A DNA stretch of 64,000 bases. It comes from Candidatus Bathyarchaeota archaeon (lineage in GTDB: Archaea; Thermoproteota; Bathyarchaeia; Hecatellales; Hecatellaceae). How positions within the stretch are numbered: position 1 is the first letter of the stretch; each line of letters opens with the position of its first letter. The notes beneath the pieces were generated by a model, which saw only the letters and a list, made by a program, of their open reading frames with translations, was not told where the DNA came from and made no database searches. Where the stretch lies: assembly GCA_052246995.1 (NCBI GenBank), contig JBQPWD010000002.1, forward strand, positions 1-64,000, in the 5' to 3' direction. A program made the position numbers and the translations under genes. Below are positions 50,564-59,276 of the stretch, piece after piece.

Positions 50564-50616
50564 AATACTCTGCCGGGCAAATACTCTTTAGAGTAGAGTA
50601 TGTATATAAACTTTTT
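50564..50616 (-). promoter_or_regulatory. Putative tfb promoter (BRE-TATA) followed by repeated AGAGTAT sites
   Basis: Minus strand AAAAAG-TTTATATA then ATACTCT-N7-AGAGTAT inverted repeat and a second AGAGTATT. Confidence 0.45.
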
Positions 50617-50819
50617 GGTAAGTAAAAAAGGTTCTACATGGTTTTAAGTCGGTTGTTTGGCTGTAATAAGAAAGTTTCTTTGTTTCGTATCAACTAGGTA
50701 TGTGAAAAACGTCATATAACTTATTGTTTACGTTTAAACTATAAATAGTTTAATACTAGTTGAAGCACCATATATAGTGTTTTTAGAAACCTGTATAATA
50801 GCTTAATGAGGTTTTATAG

Positions 50820-51191
50820 GTGAAAGTCTACATAAAGGAGGAAACATGTCAAGGAATTCTGAACTTTTTTAAACATATTCATCCTAAAGAAGGAGTACTT
50901 TTACTTAGGGGGAAAAAGTTTAAGGATGGAATTATCATTGAAGGAGTCATTATCCCCCCCAAATCGGTACATGGTGAAGGTTTTTCAAGTTTTTCAGCTA
51001 CTCTGCTTCCAGCCGATTTTTCAATAGTAGGTTTGGCACATTCGCATCCATTCGGAGCATTAAATCCTTCTCCACAAGATTTAAACAACTTTTATGGGAA
51101 AGTTATGATGATAGCTTGTCCACCCTACACCTATACAACCTTAGCCTTTTTTAGTAAGAATGGAGAAAAAATTGAATTTAAGCTTATTTAA
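50820..51191 (+). CDS. JAMM/MPN+ (Mov34) metalloprotease
   Basis: HPKE...HSHP....PS.QD JAMM motif. Confidence 0.9.
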   Translation: MKVYIKEETCQGILNFFKHIHPKEGVLLLRGKKFKDGIIIEGVIIPPKSVHGEGFSSFSATLLPADFSIVGLAHSHPFGALNPSPQDLNNFYGKVMMIACPPYTYTTLAFFSKNGEKIEFKLI

Positions 51192-51236
51192 CTATGGTCA
51201 TAAGAAAGTTTAAATTTTTAAGCTCAGCAAACATAG

Positions 51237-51304
51237 TTTGGATGATGAGCCTAGCTCACTTGAAATATGTTGATGAGAAATTCTTGGAAGAGCCGGCTGA
51301 CAAA
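51237..51304 (+). ncRNA. Box C/D methylation-guide sRNA with two guides matching 23S domain V
   Basis: Terminal stem TTTG/CAAA; C ATGATGA, guide GCCTAGCTCAC, D' TTGA, C' TGATGA, guide ...GGAAGAGCCGG, D CTGA; guides pair with conserved 23S GUGAGCUGGGU and UCGGCUCUUCC. Confidence 0.85.
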
Positions 51305-51309
51305 AACTA

Positions 51310-52509
51310 TTAGCTAAATTTTTCCAGCTTAACCTTCCAAGCACCCATTAAGCTTGAAGCTATAAGGCTTATTATTGCTCCGTACATAAATGTTAATTCA
51401 GGGTTTACCTGCCACAATAAACCTGCAATCAAGCTTGCTGGTAGGGCTACAAAGCCTGTTAAAGTATGGAAAACACCCAAACCCGCACCTCTTAATTCTT
51501 CCGGTAAGAGGTTTGATGCGTAAGCTCTTTGATTTGCCTCAATAAAAGCGTAAGCTAAACCGTAAAGACTGAAGAACGCTATAAACAATGGTAGTGATTG
51601 TGCAAACATAAAGCCTAAACATGTTAAGCTAAAAAGAATGTAGCCTAGGAAAAGAATCCTCCTTCTACCCAGTTTATCTGAAAGAATTCCTGAGGGTGTT
51701 GAAAATAAAGCGTAAACAAGGTTAAACAGGATATATAAAAGAATTGGAAAAGCCTGAGAATAACGTAATGGAAATGTTTTGGCAAAAGCTTCTTGAGCCT
51801 TAAGAATGAAAAACATGTACGTGAAGTTTCCAAGAGAATAAAGAGTCACGATTATCAAGTAAAACATAAAATTTCTAGGAAGTCCTTTAAGGCTAAGACT
51901 TAAACTTCTTAGCTTAACAGGCCTGATTTTTACATCCCTAACTGGGATAAGTGGAATTAGAGCAAAAAAAGCTATTAAAGCTGCCATCATAAGTATAACT
52001 CTAAACTCAAAGCCTAAAACCCAGAAAAGGATGAAGGATAAAGATGCACCTAAAACAGCTCCACCAGTATCCATAGCTCTATGAATTCCGAAAGCTTTAC
52101 CTCTAACATCTTCTGATGTCGAAGCTGCTATTAAAGCATCTCGTGGTGCTGTTCTCAAACCTTTTCCAACTCTCTCCAAAGGTGTTAACACAAGTAAGTG
52201 ATGCCAAACTGTAGAAAGTGGAAGAAAGAGTTTTACGATTGAAGATGTAAGGTATCCTGTAAATATGAATTGCTTCCTTTTTCCAGCTTTATCTGAAAGG
52301 TACCCTGAGAAAACTTGTAAAATGCTTTGGATGCTACTACTTAACCCTCCAATTAACCCGACAATAAACGCTTCCCCACCTAAAGCAACAATAAACATTG
52401 GTAAGATTGGCATAATCATTTCACTACTAACATCTGCTAAAAAACTCACAAGCCCAAGCAAGACTACGTTTATCATCAATGATTTTTTTACATGTCTATT
52501 ATTTTGCAT
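51310..52509 (-). CDS. MFS transporter
   Basis: SGYLSDKAGKRK and GILSDKLGRR motif A repeats; about 12 TM segments. Confidence 0.93.
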   Translation of the reverse strand: MQNNRHVKKSLMINVVLLGLVSFLADVSSEMIMPILPMFIVALGGEAFIVGLIGGLSSSIQSILQVFSGYLSDKAGKRKQFIFTGYLTSSIVKLFLPLSTVWHHLLVLTPLERVGKGLRTAPRDALIAASTSEDVRGKAFGIHRAMDTGGAVLGASLSFILFWVLGFEFRVILMMAALIAFFALIPLIPVRDVKIRPVKLRSLSLSLKGLPRNFMFYLIIVTLYSLGNFTYMFFILKAQEAFAKTFPLRYSQAFPILLYILFNLVYALFSTPSGILSDKLGRRRILFLGYILFSLTCLGFMFAQSLPLFIAFFSLYGLAYAFIEANQRAYASNLLPEELRGAGLGVFHTLTGFVALPASLIAGLLWQVNPELTFMYGAIISLIASSLMGAWKVKLEKFS

Positions 52510-52573
52510 TGTTAAAAATTAAGCAGCACCTTACCCTATTCTTTAATCGGTAAAAGTAAGTATAAATATATCC

Positions 52574-53227
52574 TTAAATATCTAACTTTCTCCTTAAGGA
52601 AACAACTTTCCCAGCAATTTCCGTTATTCTTTTTTTATGTGTTGTAACAATGACGGTTTTCTTGTTAAGTATTTCTCCTTTAAAAAAAGCCAAGATGATA
52701 TCCAATGTTAACGGGTCAAGAGTCTCCAAAGGTTCATCCATTAACATTATTGGTGGGTCTGATACAAGTGCTCTAGCAACAGCTACTATTTGTTTTTCAC
52801 CTGCACTCAAAGTTGAAACCCTTCTTTCAAGGTAACCATTTATAAATGCTTTTTTCGCAACTTCTTCTATTCTTTTTTTCCTATCTGCCTTTTTAATGCC
52901 GAGAAAAACCAGTGGAAGTTCAAGGTTTTCATAGACTGATAGTTCAGGTATAAGAGTGTTTGATTGAAATACTATCCCCATATTTTTTGCTCTAAAAGTT
53001 GTAATTATGTTCGCATTAAGCTTTACAATATCTACGTTGTTAATTACTATGCTTCCGCTATCCGGATAATCAAAACCTGCAATAAGGTTTAGAAGCGTTG
53101 TTTTTCCACACCCGGTAGGTCCTGTTATGACAACACATTCTCCAACTTTAACTTTTAAGTTTAAGTCCTCAAAAACCTTAATTTGGCCATGTTGGCCATT
53201 ATACGTTTTTTTGACATGCTCTACCAT
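52574..53227 (-). CDS. ABC ATPase of the LolD/FtsE/MacB (type VII) group
   Basis: GPTGCGKTT, GIVFQ..LIP.LSVYEN.ELP, LSAGEKQ, MDEP, TTH. Confidence 0.88.
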   Translation of the reverse strand: MVEHVKKTYNGQHGQIKVFEDLNLKVKVGECVVITGPTGCGKTTLLNLIAGFDYPDSGSIVINNVDIVKLNANIITTFRAKNMGIVFQSNTLIPELSVYENLELPLVFLGIKKADRKKRIEEVAKKAFINGYLERRVSTLSAGEKQIVAVARALVSDPPIMLMDEPLETLDPLTLDIILAFFKGEILNKKTVIVTTHKKRITEIAGKVVSLRRKLDI

Positions 53228-53240
53228 TAAAATGTAATCA

Positions 53241-53762
53241 TTATGTGTAAGTAAGGTTCTCTACCACCCTTTTCCTAATTTTCCTCCAAACATTAACTAC
53301 GCTTACAATAATACCGATGGATGTGTAAATGGAGAGTAAGGTTAATAGTAGTATCAACTCGTTAATACTGAAACTTGTTAAGGTGGAAAATGAAAAGAAT
53401 GGTGTAATAAACGGGGTTACAGATATTAACAACGTTCCAAGAGAAGTTCCCAGTATTACACCGCTAAAACCTAAAACTGTTAACTCCACCAATACTGCAT
53501 TTACCATTGTAGACTCTTCTGCTCCAAGAGCTCTAAGAACTCCTAAATCATTATAGATCCATCTTGTAGCGTGAAGAAAGATGCTTGATAATGCTATTAC
53601 CAGGATTGTTGATGAAAAAACTTGTATGGGTAGATTCTTTAAATCGTTAAAACCTAAAAACATAAGCGTAAAACTGGCCACTAAGATAGCTGTAACTAAA
53701 ATTGTAAACTTTAAATATATGCCTTTAATTTTAAACATCTTAAGCGCAATCCAAACAGACAT
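53241..53762 (-). CDS. Minimal FtsX/MacB-like permease (about 4 TM, no large extracytoplasmic domain)
   Basis: DLGVLRALGA...VLVE...LG..G..LG..LG FtsX-family signature; adjacent to the LolD-like ATPase. Confidence 0.75.
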   Translation of the reverse strand: MSVWIALKMFKIKGIYLKFTILVTAILVASFTLMFLGFNDLKNLPIQVFSSTILVIALSSIFLHATRWIYNDLGVLRALGAEESTMVNAVLVELTVLGFSGVILGTSLGTLLISVTPFITPFFSFSTLTSFSINELILLLTLLSIYTSIGIIVSVVNVWRKIRKRVVENLTYT

Positions 53763-53833
53763 CTATCAAACCCATAAATTAGGTTAAGAAGCTGTAACTA
53801 TGTCAAAAATAAAAAATTTGGATTTATGTTTTA

Positions 53834-54550
53834 CTAGCTATCAGGTTGTAATCGAACTGTGAAGGGTTTTTGTTCTTCACTTTTCTTCTCTGATTGGACT
53901 TTAGGTAAGTAATATGTTGACTCTTCTCCTATGGGCGGTTCTGTTTTTGCTGGTTCCTCTTCAATCGGAGAAATAGACTCCAAGCATTTTTTAACATCCT
54001 CTTTTTCTCTAAACGCTTTCTCTATTTCTGATAAAATGTACTCGCTTGCTATTATATATGCTTCCTCACTTAACTCGCCTGTTCTACGTTGAACCTTGAG
54101 ATATCCTAAGAATCTTTCAAAGCTTCTTATGTTTCTATCTACTTCTTCCATCCTTTCAGAAAGCTCTAATGAGATTTCTTTTTGTCCCTCTTCAAGCTTG
54201 CTTATGATTTCCTTGTATTCCTTATAAAATTCTTCGTAAACATAGTCAGGAATTTCTTTATTTTTTAGAAGCTCCTCTAATGCTTTAAACCTGCTATAAG
54301 CTAGCTGAAATTCTTTTCTAAATCTTTCAGCTTCAACTTTCCAGCGTGGTGTAATAACAATATTGTCATCTCTAATTGATATTTGCGGTTGTGAGAATTC
54401 TTCAAATCTCCCTCCACAGTCAACGCCAACCGAGTGTAGTTTACCAGAGAGGTCTAAAGTTAAACCAACAACATATCCTAGATGCCTTCCGTAAATATCC
54501 TTTGCAGGTTTTCCTATAAACTTGCGAAAAGCTTCTCCTTGAATACTCAT
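53834..54550 (-). CDS. cdvA: Cell division protein CdvA-like
   Basis: N-terminal PRC-barrel-like FIGKPAKDIYGR..GYVV, P.WK.E, long helical region with GELSEEAY, C-terminal beta-strand-like PFTVRL. Confidence 0.85.
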   Translation of the reverse strand: MSIQGEAFRKFIGKPAKDIYGRHLGYVVGLTLDLSGKLHSVGVDCGGRFEEFSQPQISIRDDNIVITPRWKVEAERFRKEFQLAYSRFKALEELLKNKEIPDYVYEEFYKEYKEIISKLEEGQKEISLELSERMEEVDRNIRSFERFLGYLKVQRRTGELSEEAYIIASEYILSEIEKAFREKEDVKKCLESISPIEEEPAKTEPPIGEESTYYLPKVQSEKKSEEQKPFTVRLQPDS

Positions 54551-54588
54551 AAAAAATTCACCTAAAAATTGGTTTAATTAAGTAATTT

Positions 54589-55185
54589 TTAGCTCATTCC
54601 AGTAAAAGCTCTCTTTATTCTCTCAAAGATGGATAAATGCTTTGTGGTTTTCTCCTCACCTACAACTACCCTTTTTTCCTCACTAGCTTCACCAAACTCC
54701 TTTATTTCTTCTATTGGAGAGAGCGGTTCTTCAATTTTTGCCACTGAACCATCATCAAGCATTTCTTTAATAACTTTTGTAAGTTCGCCAGGATCCACAT
54801 TTAACCTTGTTGAACACTCCTTTATGTTTAGAAGTCCATTATGAGTTTTAATGTAATCATACACTTGGTCTTTAAGTTCTTTCTCTCCATCTCCATGTTT
54901 TATAGGGATTTCTTTAACAATGGTTAACTTTATAACTTCATCCATGGTTAAGTTAAAGGTTGGTCGTTGTTCACTGGTTAAACCACTTGTTTGAGATGTT
55001 GTGTTTTCTGTAGGTTGAGTTTTGGTTTCAACCTCAAGCTTCGTTGCTCTTCTAAACTTATGGTTACAATCTTTACACTGATAAACGGTAACGTGTATAG
55101 GTTTTCCTCGCCCACTTTTGGGGATAACGTCCCAAGATTTGTTTGCATTAACATTTTCACTGTTACATCTTGGGCATTTTATCAA
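54589..55185 (-). CDS. Multidomain protein: Cren7-like Zn ribbon, low-complexity linker, CdvB-type winged helix, C-terminal amphipathic helix
   Basis: aa1-48 CPRC..KSWDVIPKSGRG...VYQCKDC.HKFR; aa103-151 VYDYIKTHNGLLNI..CS..LNV...EL..VI..M...G.V; aa184-194 LSIFERIKRAF. Confidence 0.75.
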   Translation of the reverse strand: MIKCPRCNSENVNANKSWDVIPKSGRGKPIHVTVYQCKDCNHKFRRATKLEVETKTQPTENTTSQTSGLTSEQRPTFNLTMDEVIKLTIVKEIPIKHGDGEKELKDQVYDYIKTHNGLLNIKECSTRLNVDPGELTKVIKEMLDDGSVAKIEEPLSPIEEIKEFGEASEEKRVVVGEEKTTKHLSIFERIKRAFTGMS

Positions 55186-55495
55186 TCCTCTATCACCGCA
55201 AAAATTTTCAGTAAAATACTAATTAAGGGTTACCCCTCTGAAACATCCTGTTTTAAAGCTTAAACCAGCAATTTCTGTGGTATTAAGGCTTTAAATTTAT
55301 ATTTGAAGGTGAAAGTTTACATACACTTCACCAGGATTGTAGTCAAAAATATGTGAAAAATCTTAAACATACCAGCTTTCACTAAGGTTTAACCTTTAAA
55401 GCTTTACCTTAAATACTCCGTAAACATCATAGAATTACGAAAAATAAAGCTAAAAATGCTAAACCTTTAAAAGTTGGGTTTGGAGAGATGGTTTA

Positions 55496-56905
55496 ATGTC
55501 CGACCTTGAAGGATTGGTAAATATTCTTCTGGATAGAGGTTTTCACGAATCAGATATAAAGATAAAACTTGTGGATGAAATTTTAACGTTTAAAAGTGAT
55601 ATATCCAAGGTGAAGGCTGAAAAAATTGCTGATGCTGTCTTAAAAGAAGTTTTAAGGAGCAGAAGTGTTAAACAAGTTAAAAACAAGGTTCTACATGAGC
55701 TTGTTGATTACCCAAAATCTAATGTTTCTATGGGTGTTATGGGTGTAGGCTCACGTGGTGAAGGAGACATATTTGTTCATAAGCTTATTGCAAAGCTAGC
55801 TTCTCTTGGAGGTTTAAACCCGTTTTTAGGGCCTCTTTCTCTTGATGATGCGGGTATGGTTTCGGTTGGAGACCTTATTGTTGCGGTTTCTGTTGATGGT
55901 ACGCATTCAAGGTTAAGCAATTTCCCGTTTTTAGCAGGTTTTCACGTTACAAGAGCATGTTTAAGGGATGTTTACGTTAAAGGGGCTAAACCTATTGCCC
56001 TGTTTGACGACATACACTTGGCTGATGATGGTGATATTGGAAAACTGTTTGACTTTGTTGTTGGAATAAACGTTGTTTCAAGTCTGATAAGGGTCCCACT
56101 GGTGGCTGGAAGCACGTTAAGGGTGGGTGGGGATATGGTTATTGGTGAAAGGATGGTTAGTTGTGTTGGAGCTGTGGGAATTGTTAAAGCTAAACATAAT
56201 GTTACTGCGAAGAGAAACGTAAAGCCAGGAGATGTGATATTGATGAGTGAGGGTGCTGGTGGTGGGACAATAACAACTTCAGCTATATATAGTGGAAACT
56301 TTGATGTTATTCTTGAAACATTAAACCTAAGATTTCTTGAAATATGTGACTTCCTTTTAGAATCAAACCTAATTTCAAAAATTCATTCTATGACTGACGT
56401 TACAAACGGTGGTATACGGGGTGATGCAAACACTATTTGCAAAGAAGCAGGAGTGGGTTTAGTTATAGATGGAAAGATTGTGGAAGAAATGGTTAATGAG
56501 AAGGTTTTAGAGATGCTTAAACATCAATCTATCGACCCTTTAGGTGTATCCTTAGATTCGCTTTTAATGTTTGTGCCCGAGAATTTTTCAGAAGAAATTA
56601 GAAGCCAGATTAGGAAACTTGGGGTTAAAGTTGAACCTGTAGGTTACGTTGTAGATAAGCCTAAAAAGGCTAAGATTATAGTTGATGGTAAGCTTTTGGA
56701 TTTAAAACCAAAATTTAGAGAATCAGCCTATACTGAGGTTAAAAAAGTTGTTGGTGAAAGGTCTCCTGCTAATAAAGTTGAACTTGAAAAGGCTGTTAAA
56801 AAGGCTTTCTACAATTCAATTAAAAAGAGAAACTTTTTCATGGAAATTGTAAAAAGAAGTATGCTCAAAAATAGCAGGATCGGTGAAGCAGGTTATAGTG
56901 GGTAA
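55496..56905 (+). CDS. AIR synthase-related (PurM/HypE-like) protein of the archaeal uncharacterised type
   Basis: GVGSRGEGD..VH, DDAG, DGTHSRLS.FPFLAGFHV, GSTLR.GGD, MTDVTNGGIRGD. Confidence 0.8.
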   Translation: MSDLEGLVNILLDRGFHESDIKIKLVDEILTFKSDISKVKAEKIADAVLKEVLRSRSVKQVKNKVLHELVDYPKSNVSMGVMGVGSRGEGDIFVHKLIAKLASLGGLNPFLGPLSLDDAGMVSVGDLIVAVSVDGTHSRLSNFPFLAGFHVTRACLRDVYVKGAKPIALFDDIHLADDGDIGKLFDFVVGINVVSSLIRVPLVAGSTLRVGGDMVIGERMVSCVGAVGIVKAKHNVTAKRNVKPGDVILMSEGAGGGTITTSAIYSGNFDVILETLNLRFLEICDFLLESNLISKIHSMTDVTNGGIRGDANTICKEAGVGLVIDGKIVEEMVNEKVLEMLKHQSIDPLGVSLDSLLMFVPENFSEEIRSQIRKLGVKVEPVGYVVDKPKKAKIIVDGKLLDLKPKFRESAYTEVKKVVGERSPANKVELEKAVKKAFYNSIKKRNFFMEIVKRSMLKNSRIGEAGYSG

Positions 56906-56910
56906 CGTCC

Positions 56911-57933
56911 ATGAAAAACCTAGGTGAAGGTAATTTTAAAGTGGTTGTTAAAACACCTTCGAGGCTGCATTTTACACTTATAGATCTTAATGGTGAGGTT
57001 GGCAGAGTTGATGGAGGTATAGGTGTTGCGCTTAACCATCCAGGGGTGAAGGTTGAGGCAACCAGAACAAGTTGTACAGGAGTTAAGGTTGAAGGTTTTA
57101 GAAGAAATTTAGCATTAAAATTTGTTGAAACATTTTTAAGTCATTACAAGCTGAAGCCCTCCGTTAACATCAAAATTGTTAAAGATATCCCTGAACATGT
57201 GGGTTTAGGCTCGGGGACACAGTTAGCATTAGCTATTGCAAAATGTTTAGCTGAAGTTTACGGTATAGTTGCTGATGCTAGAAGGTTTGCGGAAATTATG
57301 GGTAGAGGTGGAACTTCAGGTATAGGTGTTGCAGCCTTTGAAGGTGGCGGATTTATAGTTGATGGAGGTCATAGTTTTGGTAAGGGTAAGCAAAAGAAAT
57401 CCTTTTTACCTTCACACTTCTCCAGGGCTTCGCCAGCTCCTCTTTTAGTTAGGTATTCTTTACCTGAAGACTGGTTTTTTGTTATATGTATCCCTAAAGT
57501 TAATCGTAGGGTTTTCGGTTTACATGAGTTTAAAATTTTCAGGAGGTATTGTCCAATTCCATCCGAGGAAGTTTGTAAGCTTACAAGGATAATATTGATG
57601 AAGATTTTACCGTCAATTGTTGAAAGAAAAATTGAAGATTTAGGCTCAGCCTTAACAGAAATTCAAAGTATAGGTTTTAAGAAGATTGAAGTTCAGCTTC
57701 AACATAAAGTTGTTAAAGATTTGATAAAATGGATGCTTGAAAATGGGGCATGTGGTGCTGGTTTAAGCTCATTTGGGCCTGCAGTTTATGGACTGGTTAA
57801 GGGAAAAAAGAAAGCTGAAAAGCTTGTTAAAAAAGCAGAAAACTTTTTAATTGACCGAAAAGTTGAAGGCGAGATTTTCTATACAAACACAAACAATGTG
57901 GGCGCTGAAGTTTCCAGAATAAGGTTTTCTTAG
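56911..57933 (+). CDS. mptG: Beta-ribofuranosylaminobenzene 5'-phosphate (RFAP) synthase, GHMP family
   Basis: TPSRLHFTLIDL.G..GRVDGG.G, HVGLGSGTQ, RGGTSGIG, GGFIVDGGH, GLSSFGP. Confidence 0.92.
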   Translation: MKNLGEGNFKVVVKTPSRLHFTLIDLNGEVGRVDGGIGVALNHPGVKVEATRTSCTGVKVEGFRRNLALKFVETFLSHYKLKPSVNIKIVKDIPEHVGLGSGTQLALAIAKCLAEVYGIVADARRFAEIMGRGGTSGIGVAAFEGGGFIVDGGHSFGKGKQKKSFLPSHFSRASPAPLLVRYSLPEDWFFVICIPKVNRRVFGLHEFKIFRRYCPIPSEEVCKLTRIILMKILPSIVERKIEDLGSALTEIQSIGFKKIEVQLQHKVVKDLIKWMLENGACGAGLSSFGPAVYGLVKGKKKAEKLVKKAENFLIDRKVEGEIFYTNTNNVGAEVSRIRFS

Positions 57934-57974
57934 TAAAAACTTGTGAAGCTTGAAATTTTAGCTATAAAGAAGCT

Positions 57975-58160
57975 TTATGCAACTTTTAAAGCATACCTGC
58001 CAGGCTTTGTTATTCCAATTTTTTTAGCTAACTCAGATTTTTCAGGGTCTAAAACTATTAAAAGTCCTGAAAAGTTTTCCGTTAAAGATGTACTTTTACA
58101 GTTTGGACATATATTTCCATAAACAATCATATGGCAGTTTAGGCATGCTTTCTCTTTCAC
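57975..58160 (-). CDS. spt4: Transcription elongation factor Spt4 (RpoE'')
   Basis: KACLNC...CPNC...SG..IVLDPEKS..AK......PGRYALKV. Confidence 0.95.
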   Translation of the reverse strand: MKEKACLNCHMIVYGNICPNCKSTSLTENFSGLLIVLDPEKSELAKKIGITKPGRYALKVA

Positions 58161-58179
58161 TTTTTCTCAACCTCTGTTT

Positions 58180-58764
58180 TTACCTCTTTCTTTTTTCGGG
58201 TTTTGGTTGTGGCTCCATAAGCTTTTTAAGGTCTTCCTCTATCCACTCTAGTTTACCTAGAAATGGTTGCCTCATTGTTACACCAATTTTTCCGCTTGAA
58301 CCTCCTTTACCCATGCTTACAGCAGTAATTCTTACTCTCACTTTGTCACCTGTTGACAGTTTACGCTGGGTTTCTTTTCCAAGTAGCACACCCTTTTTTG
58401 CATCAAAAACAATGTAATCGTCGAGAATCTGGGATACGTGAAGTAAAGCTTCAACAGGACCTATTCTTACAAATGAGCCAAAATCTCCTATTTCTATAAC
58501 TTCGCCTTCAACAACTTCTTGAAGTTCAGGTTTGTAGGTTAATAATGTAAATTCTGCTTGATGGTAGGTTGCTCCGTCACCAGGTAAGATTTTTCCTGAA
58601 GGTGAAACATTAACATCTAAAATAGCTATTATATAGCCTAGCTCAGCATTTAACATTCCCTCGTATTTCTTACTAAGCTCCTCTAAAGCAACAGCCTTAA
58701 GCTCGTGATTAAACTTTCCAGGGGGAATTCTAACAACATCCTGACATTTAACAAGCTCAAACAT
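58180..58764 (-). CDS. rpoE1: DNA-directed RNA polymerase subunit E' (Rpo7)
   Basis: VRIPP, GDGATYH, S1 domain FG.FVRIGP...LLHVSQ, TMRQPFLGK.EW. Confidence 0.96.
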   Translation of the reverse strand: MFELVKCQDVVRIPPGKFNHELKAVALEELSKKYEGMLNAELGYIIAILDVNVSPSGKILPGDGATYHQAEFTLLTYKPELQEVVEGEVIEIGDFGSFVRIGPVEALLHVSQILDDYIVFDAKKGVLLGKETQRKLSTGDKVRVRITAVSMGKGGSSGKIGVTMRQPFLGKLEWIEEDLKKLMEPQPKPEKRKR

Positions 58765-59169
58765 TTAATCCACATACCCCTCCAAAACTAGGTGTTTTCT
58801 ACTTCTTGGGTATATAACAGGGATACCTTTATCCCTAAGCTTCTTCTTAAGCCTTATATCTGCTGTGGCAACAATATAACCGTATTTTTCAGCTAAATTA
58901 GCAATGTAATCATCAACATTAACATTTAGGGGTTTTTCTTTAAAATCCATCTTTACACATTTAGTATTGGCAAGTTGAAGTGCAATTTTAGCTTTTCTGC
59001 TTATAGATGCTTTTTTACCGGCCAACTTTTCAACCTCGCTTAAAACTTCCGGTACCAGTATAAACTCAACCTTTGTAGCTAAAAGCTTCTCAACCTCCGT
59101 AAAAATGTCTATCTTAAGGTTTAATGGTAGTAGGAGAAAATTTGAATCAAGTATAACTTTTCTACTCAA
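58765..59169 (-). CDS. PIN-domain ribonuclease, Fcf1/Utp24-like
   Basis: ILDSNFL, V..E, VDD, VATAD..LK; usual position upstream of rpoE. Confidence 0.88.
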   Translation of the reverse strand: MSRKVILDSNFLLLPLNLKIDIFTEVEKLLATKVEFILVPEVLSEVEKLAGKKASISRKAKIALQLANTKCVKMDFKEKPLNVNVDDYIANLAEKYGYIVATADIRLKKKLRDKGIPVIYPRSRKHLVLEGYVD

Positions 59170-59276
59170 CCTACTATTCCCACAAAATTTAAGTTAGTTG
59201 GCAATAAACACTGTTACTCAATGTTATTAGGTTTAGGTTAGGAGAGTTTTTTAAATGTTTCTATTTTTCAAAATAG

